64,000 nucleotides of DNA from contig JBOEGD010000011.1 of NCBI GenBank assembly GCA_050633245.1, positions 528,852 through 592,851 of the forward strand, written 5' to 3'. The DNA comes from Calditrichia bacterium. GTDB taxonomy: Bacteria; Calditrichota; Calditrichia; RBG-13-44-9; J075. The position numbers were made by a program, and so were the translations under genes. Below the pieces are notes generated by a model. The model had not been told where the DNA came from and made no database searches. It saw only the letters and a program-made list of their open reading frames with translations. This document shows, piece after piece, positions 29,499 to 39,512 of the stretch; the first letter of the stretch is position 1; each line of letters starts with the position of its first letter.

Positions 29499-30689
29499 AT
29501 GAATAATTTTAAATGGAGAATTCTACTCTACATCATTGGAGGAACAGCAGTGCTACTTAGCCTGTTATACTTTCTCCGGCCACAGGTAGAGACCAAACCC
29601 GTAAAAATTCCGCTTAAAAAAGTGGAAGTCTTGGAGATAAAAAAAGAACCAACGAAAATGACGATCCGCTCTCAGGGAACAGTTATTCCCGGTACTCAAA
29701 GCACATTGGTATCGCAGGTCGCTGGTCGAATCGTGAGCAAGTCAGGAGATTTCGAAGCAGGTGGATTTTTTCGCAAAGGCGATGTGCTGCTATCAGTAGA
29801 AGCAAGTGACTATCGGCTTGGCGTGACTCAGGCAAAATCTCAGGTTGCTCAGGCAGAACTTGCGCTTCAACTGGAAGAGCAACAGGCTTCAATTGCAAAG
29901 GAGGAATGGAGCTCAATAAACTCAACGCCTATTTCACCACTCGTGGCCAGAGAGCCCCAATTGGCACAGACGCGAGCTGCACTCGAGGCTGCGAAGGCAA
30001 ATTTACAACGAGCCAATCTCGATCTTTCTCGCGCTTCAATTCGCGCACCGTTTACGGGAAGAGTTCGTACGACCAGCACAGATGTGGGTCAATATGTAAC
30101 GCCTGGGACGCCACTTGGAATGATCTATTCCGTTGATATTGCTGAAGTTCGACTACCAGTACCCGACGAAGCACTTGCCTTCCTTCAGATTCCTCAGAAC
30201 GGATTTAAGACATCAAAATTCAAAGGACCAGAGGTGATTCTCCGTGCGCCATTTGCCGGAAAGCTTCGTGAGTGGAGTGGCAGAATCGTTCGCATGGAAG
30301 GCGAAATTGATGCAAAAAGCCGAATGATCTATTTGGTCGCAGAAGTTGTTGACCCCTACAATATGAGCAACAACAGCAATCAACATGCGTTGATGGCAGG
30401 ACTGTTTGTTGAAGCAGATATTGTTGGTCGCAGTATAGAAGATTTAGTAAGAATTCCTCGGGCCGCTTTACGCAACGGAAATCAAGTTTTAATTGTCAAC
30501 TCAGAAAACAAGCTGAGTATGCGTGAAATAGACGTCGTTCGTGAATCCGGAGACACAGCATTTATTGGCAGTGGCGTTGAGAACGGTGAGCGGTTATGCA
30601 TTACCCCTCTGACAGTGGCAACAAATGGAATGCAGGTTGAAGTTGCAGGTTCTACAGACCTGGCTGGCAAGGAGGGAACCAATGAATAG
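29499..30689 (+). CDS. RND efflux periplasmic adaptor subunit
   Basis: QVAGRI, coiled-coil hairpin, IRAPFTGRV, GLFVEA. Confidence 0.92.
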   Translation: MNNFKWRILLYIIGGTAVLLSLLYFLRPQVETKPVKIPLKKVEVLEIKKEPTKMTIRSQGTVIPGTQSTLVSQVAGRIVSKSGDFEAGGFFRKGDVLLSVEASDYRLGVTQAKSQVAQAELALQLEEQQASIAKEEWSSINSTPISPLVAREPQLAQTRAALEAAKANLQRANLDLSRASIRAPFTGRVRTTSTDVGQYVTPGTPLGMIYSVDIAEVRLPVPDEALAFLQIPQNGFKTSKFKGPEVILRAPFAGKLREWSGRIVRMEGEIDAKSRMIYLVAEVVDPYNMSNNSNQHALMAGLFVEADIVGRSIEDLVRIPRAALRNGNQVLIVNSENKLSMREIDVVRESGDTAFIGSGVENGERLCITPLTVATNGMQVEVAGSTDLAGKEGTNE

Positions 30690-33600
30690 TATTATTGCAT
30701 GGTTTACTAAAAACAGTGTTGCAGCAAACCTGCTAATGGTTCTCATTGTTGTTGCCGGCTACTTATCCCTCAGCAACATTACGATGGAGGTATTTCCGGA
30801 GACCAGCTCAGACACAATTTCAGTATCTGTTCCCTATCCTGGCGCAGCGCCGGCAGAAGTTGAAGAGGCAATCTGTGTTCGCATAGAAGAAGCAATTCAA
30901 GATCTCGAAGGCATCAAAAAACTGACATCCAGTGCTGTAGAAAATTCCGGAACAGTAATCGTTGAAGTAAAAGCCGGATACGATCCCAGGCAGATGTTAG
31001 ACGACGTAAAGTCGCGTGTCGATGGAATATCGGTTTTTCCGGAGGAGGCCGAAAAGCCCATCATTCAAGAGAAGCTTCGCCGACGTCAGGTAATTAATGT
31101 TGCCGTCGCGGGAGACTCAGACGAGAAAACACTAAAGAATATTGCCGAATCAATTCGCGACGACTTATCTGGGTATCCTGAAATAAGCCAGGTTGAGTTA
31201 AGTGCCGCACGGCCCTATGAAATTTCTATCGAGGTTTCAGAATACGATCTCGATAGATACGGACTCACCTTTGATGAAGTCGTTCGCGCGGTGCGCAATA
31301 CATCGCTGGACTTACCCGGCGGCTCGCTAGAGACAGGCAATGGCCAAATTCTATTGCGCACGAAGGGACAGGCTTATCGCGAACAGGAATTTGAGGACAT
31401 CACCTTGCGAAGTAGCACCGACGGCGCACTTCTAAAGCTGGGAGATGTAGCTACGGTTGTGGATGGTTTTGAAGATACCGACCAGCAATCCAGATTTGAT
31501 AATAAGCGCACCGTTTTAGTGCAGATTTTCCGAGTTGGAAATGAGAGCGCTCTTGTAATAGCGGAAACGGTTAGAAATTACGTTGCCAAAAAAAATGATG
31601 AAATGCCTGAGGGTATATCACTCACTACCTGGCAAGATGACTCACGCGTGCTGCTGGCACGATTAAATCTGCTGCTAAATAATGGCATTGTCGGTTTTAT
31701 GTTGGTATTCATTGCACTGGCATTATTTCTGAAGCTAAAGTTGGCAATCTGGGTTGTAATCGGAATGCTTATTTCCTTCTTTGGTGCATTTTGGATGATG
31801 CCCTATTTCGACGTAACCATCAATTTGTTATCGTTATTTGCTTTTATTCTGGTATTGGGAATTGTCGTGGACGATGCAATTGTCGTCGGTGAAAACATCT
31901 ATACACATATTGAGAATGACGGTGGCGGTGTTGATTCAGCTATTCGTGGCGCACAACGTGTAGGCGTTCCAGTCGTTTTCGCAGTGCTGACAACGGTGGC
32001 CGCCTTCACCCCTTTGCTAACAATTCCTGGAAATACCGGTAAATTTTTGAAGGTGATTCCAATAATCGCCATTTCGACATTGCTCTTTTCCTTAATTGAG
32101 TCCCTTTTTGTTTTGCCCTCACACCTGTCTCACGTTAAAAACACGAGCCAGACAACCACCCGAAACGGACTTCAGAGCTGGTGGTCTCGTATTCAAGATC
32201 GTTTTTCGAGCGCAATGAAACGCTTTGCCAACAATCAATATCGCAAAACTCTTGCTGTTGCCCTTTCACATCGCGCAAATGTAGTCGCAGGAGCGCTGGG
32301 GATACTAATTGTAACCATCAGCCTCGTCGGCATGGGATGGGTAAAATTTACGTTTATGCCGGACGTTGAGGCAGACAATGTTGTTGCATTTATTGAAATG
32401 CCGCAAGGCACGTCTGTTGATGCAACAGCTGCAGTTGTAAAAAGGCTTGAAAATGCCGCGAATCAGGTTCAAAAAGAGTTTGAGGAAGAATCAGGTGCCG
32501 TCGTCGAGCACATGCTTAGCACAATTGGGGATCAGCCCTTTATTTCAAATGCTGCCGGACCAGGCGGAAACAAGTCGTTCAATGGTGGTTCCCATCTTGC
32601 GGAAGTAAATCTACAGCTATTACCGGCAGAAGAGCGCTCTGCCACCAGTCCGCAGATTGCCCGACGCTGGCGCGAACTCACCGGAACGATACCAGGTATA
32701 GAGAGCTTGAGCTTTAACTCTTCTTTATTCGGAATTGGTGCAGCAATTAACTTTGAGCTGGCCGGCAACGACTATACGCAGCTAACAGCAGCAGCTGATG
32801 CACTAAAGCTTAAGCTGGCCGATTATCCAGGCACGTTCGATATAACAGACTCTTTTCAAGACGGTAAGCGAGAGATGAAGCTTTCTCTAAAGCCGGAGGC
32901 CGAGACGCTCGGTTTAACTCTTGCGGATCTCGCTCGTCAAGTACGGCAGGCTTTTTATGGAGAAGAAGCGCAGCGCATTATTCGCGGACGTGATGAAGTT
33001 AAGGTAATGATTCGTTATCCTGAGAGCGCACGCAGATCGCGTGGCGACCTCGAGAGCATGCGCATTCGCACACCCGGTGGTCTTGAAGTACCATTTGGCG
33101 TCGTCGCAGCAGTCGAAGAAGGTCGTGGCTTTTCAGCAATCAACCGAGCCAATAGGAAACGTACGGTAAATGTTACATCTGATGTGGACATGAGTGTTGG
33201 CAATTCAAGTGAAATCGTTGCTGCCATCAAAGCTGATGTTCTCCCTGCGCTAATAAGAACCTATCCGGGAATCAACTTTTCCCTTGAGGGTGAACAGGCC
33301 GAGCAGGCCGAAACAATTGGTGGTATTCAACGAGGTTTTATCTTCGCTCTATTGATTATTTATGTACTGTTGGCGATTCCATTTCGCTCGTACGTACAGC
33401 CATTAATTGTAATGAGCGCGATTCCATTTGGATTGATCGGAGCTATTGGTGGTCATTTGCTTCTCGGTATGAATTTGACCATTTTGTCGTTTTTTGGAAT
33501 CGTAGCGTTAACAGGCGTTGTAGTGAATGACAGCTTGGTAATGGTAGACTTTATAAATCGAGCCAGAGAGCGAGGGCACGATGCTATTGTTGATGCTGTG

Positions 33601-33855
33601 AAAGAAGCTGGCGTTGCACGATTCCGACCGATTTTATTGACATCGGTAACGACTTTTGCCGGACTAACACCATTGCTCCTCGAACGAAGTCTACAGGCGC
33701 AATTCCTGATTCCAATGGCAATATCTTTAGCTTTCGGCGTGCTCTTCGCAACATCAATTACGCTGATTCTGGTTCCGACGCTGTATATGATACTGGAAGA
33801 TTTAAGGGAGTTTTTTGCACGCAAGAAAACATCGGCTCAAGAAGCAATTATTTAG
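30682..33855 (+). CDS. RND efflux permease (AcrB family)
   Basis: GIVVDDAIVVGENI, GVVVNDSLV, RFRPILLTS; about 1050 aa. Confidence 0.95.
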   Translation: MNSIIAWFTKNSVAANLLMVLIVVAGYLSLSNITMEVFPETSSDTISVSVPYPGAAPAEVEEAICVRIEEAIQDLEGIKKLTSSAVENSGTVIVEVKAGYDPRQMLDDVKSRVDGISVFPEEAEKPIIQEKLRRRQVINVAVAGDSDEKTLKNIAESIRDDLSGYPEISQVELSAARPYEISIEVSEYDLDRYGLTFDEVVRAVRNTSLDLPGGSLETGNGQILLRTKGQAYREQEFEDITLRSSTDGALLKLGDVATVVDGFEDTDQQSRFDNKRTVLVQIFRVGNESALVIAETVRNYVAKKNDEMPEGISLTTWQDDSRVLLARLNLLLNNGIVGFMLVFIALALFLKLKLAIWVVIGMLISFFGAFWMMPYFDVTINLLSLFAFILVLGIVVDDAIVVGENIYTHIENDGGGVDSAIRGAQRVGVPVVFAVLTTVAAFTPLLTIPGNTGKFLKVIPIIAISTLLFSLIESLFVLPSHLSHVKNTSQTTTRNGLQSWWSRIQDRFSSAMKRFANNQYRKTLAVALSHRANVVAGALGILIVTISLVGMGWVKFTFMPDVEADNVVAFIEMPQGTSVDATAAVVKRLENAANQVQKEFEEESGAVVEHMLSTIGDQPFISNAAGPGGNKSFNGGSHLAEVNLQLLPAEERSATSPQIARRWRELTGTIPGIESLSFNSSLFGIGAAINFELAGNDYTQLTAAADALKLKLADYPGTFDITDSFQDGKREMKLSLKPEAETLGLTLADLARQVRQAFYGEEAQRIIRGRDEVKVMIRYPESARRSRGDLESMRIRTPGGLEVPFGVVAAVEEGRGFSAINRANRKRTVNVTSDVDMSVGNSSEIVAAIKADVLPALIRTYPGINFSLEGEQAEQAETIGGIQRGFIFALLIIYVLLAIPFRSYVQPLIVMSAIPFGLIGAIGGHLLLGMNLTILSFFGIVALTGVVVNDSLVMVDFINRARERGHDAIVDAVKEAGVARFRPILLTSVTTFAGLTPLLLERSLQAQFLIPMAISLAFGVLFATSITLILVPTLYMILEDLREFFARKKTSAQEAII

Positions 33856-33907
33856 GTTTTCAGTTACTGCGGGTTGGGGAAACTCAGCTCGTGGTTGTTG
33901 GCAAAAA

Positions 33908-34528
33908 CTACAGCCTTTCAATAGCACGTTTTAGGTTTTCGCGTGCTTGCTTTTCGAATCGATCTCGTAGTTCAGGGATACAATAGAGTTGTGGTCGTTC
34001 GATAAAAGATGTCAGAAGCTTCTTTCGTCCCGGTTGATAAAATCGTTTTGGCACAAAGCGATATTCTTTGCGAATTGCCCGTTCATAAACATCATACGCA
34101 GCAGCATCTGCACCCAAAATGGACAAATCGATATCAACCAAAAGTCTGGCATCATTCCCTTCAGGCTTCTCACGATGCGCTGTAATCAGAATCAAATCGT
34201 AAATCACCTGCGCATCTTCTTCATTCATGCCAAGCTCACCAAACATCTTTGCGGCAAGCTCTGCGCTCTTCAACTCATTTTTTGACGAAAAAGATTGATA
34301 GATGGCATCGTGAAGCCAAATAGCAGCCTCTACTAAAAGCTTGCGATCGGCGAGATGTGCAAACTCATTCAGCAGGCTAAGGCAATTCTCGATATGCGTT
34401 GTGTTGTGATAGTAGCGATTTGGTGAACGATAGCGGCCGTCCAACTCATGGAAAAATATTTCATCTGCAGATAAATTTAAGCGTTGCAGTAGATCCTGCC
34501 AGCTCTCAATACTCCAATTCATACTCAC
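33908..34528 (-). CDS. Predicted HD-superfamily metal-dependent phosphohydrolase (COG4339-like)
   Basis: RYYHNTTHI, WLHDAIY, NELKSA, DIDLSILG, IRKEY. Confidence 0.85.
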   Translation of the reverse strand: MSMNWSIESWQDLLQRLNLSADEIFFHELDGRYRSPNRYYHNTTHIENCLSLLNEFAHLADRKLLVEAAIWLHDAIYQSFSSKNELKSAELAAKMFGELGMNEEDAQVIYDLILITAHREKPEGNDARLLVDIDLSILGADAAAYDVYERAIRKEYRFVPKRFYQPGRKKLLTSFIERPQLYCIPELRDRFEKQARENLKRAIERL

Positions 34529-35376
34529 TTGTCCAGTGCAGACTTAAAGCGTTCAAGTGCGTCAGCGCGATCGGCTTCTTTCGTATGTGTCGAATATGCA
34601 ACGCTTAGATTATTCAATATACGCAACACAATATCGCGTCTGCTACACCCATTAATTACCGCTTTTTTATCTGATACATCAAACTGGTCCAGAAAGCCCA
34701 GACATTCTTCACGCGAATATATGCGTCCCTTATTAAACGGATCGAAGAATAATTCAGCAGCTGGATCGTGATATTTCAGGATAAAATGTGACGGCATGGA
34801 GACACCCTGAATGGGGGCGCCTAAGCGTTTTGCAATAAGAATAAACAAGACAGAGAGCGTGATCGGCAATCCCAATCCGGTTTCCAACAGCTTATGAAGA
34901 AACGAATTATCGGGATTATAATAGTCGCTTGAATTTCCTGAGAAATGGCCCTTTTCAAACAGCTCATGGTTAATATGCTGTACCTTCTGAAGAGCAGAAC
35001 CTTGCCTGGGATAAAATTCCTGTACCTGATTGGCGATATGGTCTAGCTGTTCTATCAGTCGCTTCGCCGGAATCTCTGGCGCATGCCAATACGATAAAAC
35101 CAACATAACCTGTTCGAGATCGATATCGCCTTCGACATTACTGAGGTGTTTTAGCGCTTCTTCAACAAGCTCAGGATGCATATCGCGCATTAAGTCACTG
35201 AAGATGCCGCAGAGTTCTGCTGGCAAAGAGCTGCGATAATTTACCCGATTCAGGATTAGAGGAACGGAATGCTCAAGAATGGCATCACTGACAATACGCT
35301 GCATTTCCGGGCTTTCATCTTCTACAAGACGAAGCAGGCTTTGCAATTGTGTGTCAAAATCGATCACGGGGCTCAT
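34525..35376 (-). CDS. SirB1 / transglutaminase-like family protein
   Basis: FSGN..DYYNPDNSFL..L....GLPITLSV...P.HF...FFDPF. Confidence 0.85.
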   Translation of the reverse strand: MSPVIDFDTQLQSLLRLVEDESPEMQRIVSDAILEHSVPLILNRVNYRSSLPAELCGIFSDLMRDMHPELVEEALKHLSNVEGDIDLEQVMLVLSYWHAPEIPAKRLIEQLDHIANQVQEFYPRQGSALQKVQHINHELFEKGHFSGNSSDYYNPDNSFLHKLLETGLGLPITLSVLFILIAKRLGAPIQGVSMPSHFILKYHDPAAELFFDPFNKGRIYSREECLGFLDQFDVSDKKAVINGCSRRDIVLRILNNLSVAYSTHTKEADRADALERFKSALDK

Positions 35377-35388
35377 GGTCAACTTACT

Positions 35389-36816
35389 TTAAAATGGAGT
35401 CGAATCATCGAAATGCTCTGCGTCGTCTCGATGACTAAGGTTATCAAACTTTGCAAAGTTTTTGGCAAATGCCAGATTAACAATTCCAACCGGGCCATTT
35501 CGATGCTTACCGACTATAATTTCTGCGCGGTTTTCAACTTCTGCGAAACGTGGGTCATCCTGATCTTTTATATAGAACTCTTCACGATAAACAAACATAA
35601 CAATATCGGCGTCCTGCTCGATAGCACCAGACTCGCGAAGGTCTGACAGCATTGGCCGTTTATCGGGGCGTTGTTCCACGGCACGTGAAAGCTGCGATAG
35701 ACATATAATTGGCACATTTAACTGTTTCGCAAGCAACTTCATCGAACGTGAAATGTAAGATATTTCCTGTTGGCGGTTGTCAAATCCACGCGGTGCTTCC
35801 ATAAGCTGCATATAATCTACAACTAACATACCGATATCTTTTTCCAACGCCATACGACGAGCACGTGCGCTTAGTTTAACAATATCCAATCCAGCCGTGT
35901 CATCGATGTAAATTGGCGCTTCCGCAAGCCGACCGGCTGCCTGAATAACTTTGCCAAACTTATCTCCGAGCTGGCCGGTGCGCAGACGCTGAGCATCAAT
36001 TTCACCCTCGGTACAAATAAGTCGCTGCACCAGCTGAGTATCTCCCATCTCCAGGCTAAAAATACCGACTCCGCATTTTCCATCAAGCGAGGCATTACGA
36101 GCAAGGTTCAGCGCAAGTGCCGTTTTCCCCATAGATGGTCGTCCAGCCAAGATTACCAGATCACCCTTTTGGAACCCGGCGGTCATTTTATCCAGATCTG
36201 TAAACCCCGATGGCACGCCAATAATGCCCGAATAATCCATGTGGTGAACGCGTTCAGCTTCTTCAACAGTCAGAGTAAGTACAGAACGGATATCCGAATA
36301 GTTCTTGGTCTTCTGATCTTTAATAATGTCAAATATTTCCTGCTGTGCCATACTGAGCACGCCTTCCACATCGGCCTGACCTTCATAGGCCTGCTTCAGA
36401 ATATCGGTACAGGAATGTATCAACTTACGCAGAATGGCCTTTTGTTTAACAATGCTCAGGTGATAATCGATGTTCGCAGCGGATGGCACAAGTGACGTTA
36501 GTTCAGCAAGGTAATACGCGCCACCGATGGCCTCGAGTGAGTTAAGCCTTCTCAGCTCCTCGGTCAGTGTAATTACATCAATCGCTTCATTGCGTTTGTA
36601 GAGAGACAGCATAGCCTCAAATATCTTACGATGAGCATCGCGATAAAAATCGGTCTCATCGATTTCTTCAAGAGCTGTTCCCACAGCTTCTTTATCGAGT
36701 AGAATGGCACCAAGAATATAGCGTTCTACATCGGTAGCCTGAGGCGGGACACGGCCTACTTGCCCCATCGCTTCATCCGACTTCGGCTTGCGACTTCTTT
36801 TTGGTTTATCAGACAT
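35389..36816 (-). CDS. dnaB: Replicative DNA helicase
   Basis: GRPSMGKT, VDYMQL, LSQLSR, SDLRESGAIEQDAD, KHRNGP. Confidence 0.97.
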   Translation of the reverse strand: MSDKPKRSRKPKSDEAMGQVGRVPPQATDVERYILGAILLDKEAVGTALEEIDETDFYRDAHRKIFEAMLSLYKRNEAIDVITLTEELRRLNSLEAIGGAYYLAELTSLVPSAANIDYHLSIVKQKAILRKLIHSCTDILKQAYEGQADVEGVLSMAQQEIFDIIKDQKTKNYSDIRSVLTLTVEEAERVHHMDYSGIIGVPSGFTDLDKMTAGFQKGDLVILAGRPSMGKTALALNLARNASLDGKCGVGIFSLEMGDTQLVQRLICTEGEIDAQRLRTGQLGDKFGKVIQAAGRLAEAPIYIDDTAGLDIVKLSARARRMALEKDIGMLVVDYMQLMEAPRGFDNRQQEISYISRSMKLLAKQLNVPIICLSQLSRAVEQRPDKRPMLSDLRESGAIEQDADIVMFVYREEFYIKDQDDPRFAEVENRAEIIVGKHRNGPVGIVNLAFAKNFAKFDNLSHRDDAEHFDDSTPF

Positions 36817-36866
36817 GCACGCAATCTATTATGAGTGATTATTTTTACAGGATTCGCCCGTGTCTT

Positions 36867-36888
36867 CGTGGGTCAAGACCCACGTTAC
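36867..36888 (-). repeat. GTAG-type REP-like palindrome
   Basis: On the minus strand: GTAA-CGTGGGTC-TT-GACCCACG. Confidence 0.6.
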
Positions 36889-36917
36889 TTTGATTTGCCT
36901 TGTATAGGCTGATAGCT

Positions 36918-36942
36918 GAGACGCGAAGCATCGCATCTTTAC
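36918..36942 (-). repeat. REP-like element (GAGACGCGAAGCATC family)
   Basis: 15-mer identical to 54037-54051; 12-mer core is the reverse complement of 25062-25073. Confidence 0.65.
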
Positions 36943-36999
36943 AGCTGCCTTGCTGCCTTACTGCCAATACACGACTCAGTCAAATTACTCCCACCATAC

Positions 37000-37722
37000 T
37001 CATTCAGCAAGGAGTTTCTGGTACTCTGTCACGACCATTTGCATTTCTGCCACAGCCTCATCCATCATATTGGCATTCCTGAGGATATAGGCGGGATGAA
37101 ATGTGACGATCAGTGGTGTATTTTGGTATATCCAGAGTTTTCGTCTCATTTTTGTTAACGAGTCGGCACGACCAAGCAGATTTTGCCCGGCAATACGTCC
37201 CAACGCAACCAACATCTTCGGTTTAACCATTTCAATCTGCCTGTGTAAATACGGCAGGCATTCCGCGACTTCCGCAGGAAGCGGATCGCGGTTATTTGGC
37301 GGTCGACATTTTAGTATATTTGCAATATACACATCCTCCCGCTTCAAGCCCACTTTGCCAATAAGCTGGTTCAGCAATTTTCCAGCACGTCCAACAAAAG
37401 GCAATCCTTGAAGGTCTTCATCTCTTCCCGGCGCTTCTCCAACAAACATGATGTCGGCAGATTCATTTCCTACGCCAAACACAAAATTGGTTCTCGTTTC
37501 ACAAAGTGAGCACTTTGGACAATTCTCTATTTCGCGTCGATAGGCCTGAAGAGGCGTATATCCTTCAGCTGGTTCAGGTTTAGCATCAACCTTTACATCT
37601 GTTGCGACTTGCGGCAAGTCAGTTACCTGCTCTGGCGTTTCATCGATATAAAATTCGCCACCGTACAGCTGCTGATACCATTCAAAAAAGGCTTTAACAT
37701 TATCGTAGATAGAATTACTCAT
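37000..37722 (-). CDS. Uracil-DNA glycosylase family 4
   Basis: CPKCSLC Fe-S motif, VGEAPG..ED..G.PFVG.AG, KCRPP.NRDP, TFHPAY. Confidence 0.93.
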   Translation of the reverse strand: MSNSIYDNVKAFFEWYQQLYGGEFYIDETPEQVTDLPQVATDVKVDAKPEPAEGYTPLQAYRREIENCPKCSLCETRTNFVFGVGNESADIMFVGEAPGRDEDLQGLPFVGRAGKLLNQLIGKVGLKREDVYIANILKCRPPNNRDPLPAEVAECLPYLHRQIEMVKPKMLVALGRIAGQNLLGRADSLTKMRRKLWIYQNTPLIVTFHPAYILRNANMMDEAVAEMQMVVTEYQKLLAE

Positions 37723-38929
37723 TAGTTAACTCGATAATCTCTTGTAGAATGGCCCGCGCAACATCAAGCTTATATCCACTACTGACCGTTTCGCCGCCAT
37801 CAGGACTGAGAATATGCACCTTATTCGTATCTACAGCAAAACCGGCTCCGGCATCATTCGGATTATTCAAAACAATCATATCCAAACTTTTAGAGCTCAT
37901 TTTTTTGCGAGCATTGTCAATCGGTGAATTGGTTTCTACCGCAAACCCGATCACGCATTGTTTAACATTCTTTCGCGCAGCCATTGTTTTTATGATATCT
38001 TTTGTCCGGTCGAATCTCAGACTAATGCCGTCATCGGTTTTCTTCATCTTCCCCTTGGAATAAGACTCCGGTGTAAAGTCTGATACGGCTGCAGCACCAA
38101 TCAGAATATCTGAGTTGGCAAAATGCTTATCTACCATGTTGAACATTTCTCCAGCGCTTTGAACTTCAATACTGTCCACCTCGCGCGGAGGCAATAGTTC
38201 TGTTTTGCCATGGATCAGAGTTACCTCAGCACCACGCGCGAGTGCATCAAGCGCGAGTGCAAAACCCATTTTACCAGTCGAAGGGTTTGTCAGGAGACGA
38301 GCAGGATCGAGATATTCACGCGTTGCCCCCGCAGTTATCAGCACCTTCTTTCCCTTCAGACTAGCTTGCTCTGAGTGGGTTGCGATATATGCATAATGTT
38401 CAAGATAATCCTGAGCGGCTAAACGTCCGACTCCACTGTATCCTTCAGCAAGGAAGCCTTCCTCTGGTTCGCAGATCAATCGCCCATCAGATCTCAGTGT
38501 AGCGAGGTTGCGTTGTGTGGCCGCGTTATACCACATGTGCGTATTCATGGCCGGAGCGAAAACGACAGGACAGTGCAGAGCGGCAATCACGGTAGACAAA
38601 AAATCGTCGCAAATACCGTTCGCGGCTTTAGCGAGGCTATTTGCCGTTGCCGGAACAATCATCGCGGCTTCACTCCAATCTGCCAGTTCAATATGGTGAG
38701 TGGCAGCAAACTTATTCTCAGGAAACATGTCGGTATAAACAGGATGGTTGGTGAGCGTTTCAAGCGTAAGGCGGGTGACAAATTGTTCCCCACCATTAGT
38801 AAGAATCACCCGAACCTCGGCACCTTGAGTAACAAGATAGCGAATTAGGTAGCACGTTTTATAGGCGGCGATACAACCGGTTATTCCGAGTGTAATGCGC
38901 TTATTCTTTAATTGACTAGTTGGAAACAT
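37715..38929 (-). CDS. coaBC: Phosphopantothenoylcysteine decarboxylase / phosphopantothenate-cysteine ligase
   Basis: GITGCIAAYK, PATAN, PAMN, TAGATRE.LDP.R..TN.STGKMG, AAVSDF, GFAVET. Confidence 0.96.
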   Translation of the reverse strand: MFPTSQLKNKRITLGITGCIAAYKTCYLIRYLVTQGAEVRVILTNGGEQFVTRLTLETLTNHPVYTDMFPENKFAATHHIELADWSEAAMIVPATANSLAKAANGICDDFLSTVIAALHCPVVFAPAMNTHMWYNAATQRNLATLRSDGRLICEPEEGFLAEGYSGVGRLAAQDYLEHYAYIATHSEQASLKGKKVLITAGATREYLDPARLLTNPSTGKMGFALALDALARGAEVTLIHGKTELLPPREVDSIEVQSAGEMFNMVDKHFANSDILIGAAAVSDFTPESYSKGKMKKTDDGISLRFDRTKDIIKTMAARKNVKQCVIGFAVETNSPIDNARKKMSSKSLDMIVLNNPNDAGAGFAVDTNKVHILSPDGGETVSSGYKLDVARAILQEIIELTNE

Positions 38930-39512
38930 TGGATGTTATTGGATGTTTTGCGATGATATCTTCGATCATTGACACGGCGCTATCAAGATCATCATTTATT
39001 ATCACATGGTCAAAGTGCTTCGCGACTTCATATTCCAGATCGATGCGTTTTAAACGTCGCTCAATCTCATCCATTTTGTCGGTATTGCGACCTATCAGAC
39101 GACGTTTCAGTTCTTCCAAAGAAGGTGGCTTAATAAAAACAAGCAGGGCATCAGGGTAAGCCTTACGCACGTTCAGAGCACCTTTTACATCAATATCAAA
39201 CAAAACGACTTGCCGCTGTTCCAGAAGCGAATCGACAGTTGACTTCAGCGTGCCATAGCAGCGCCCAAATACTTCTTCGTACTCAAGGAATTCGCCAGCC
39301 TCTACTTTTGCCTTAAAATCTTCCATACTTAGAAAAAAATAATGAACGCCATTTTCTTCATTATGTCTTGGTGAGCGTGTTGTAGCAGATATGGAAAGTC
39401 GAAATCGCGGATTTCGATCTAAAAGCAAGCGACATATTGTCGACTTGCCTGATCCGGACGGAGCTGAAAAGGCGACAAGTCTCGCACCTTTATTTTGTCC
39501 CTCTCTACTCAA
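38916..39512 (-). CDS. gmk: Guanylate kinase
   Basis: SAPSGSGKST, SATTRSPR..E..GVHYFF, YGT, DIDVKGA; probable TTG start overlapping the yicC stop. Confidence 0.95.
   Translation of the reverse strand: MSREGQNKGARLVAFSAPSGSGKSTICRLLLDRNPRFRLSISATTRSPRHNEENGVHYFFLSMEDFKAKVEAGEFLEYEEVFGRCYGTLKSTVDSLLEQRQVVLFDIDVKGALNVRKAYPDALLVFIKPPSLEELKRRLIGRNTDKMDEIERRLKRIDLEYEVAKHFDHVIINDDLDSAVSMIEDIIAKHPITSNVSN

Noticed and set aside
35389-36816. Intein in DnaB
   Set aside because: Normal length of 475 aa with contiguous motifs
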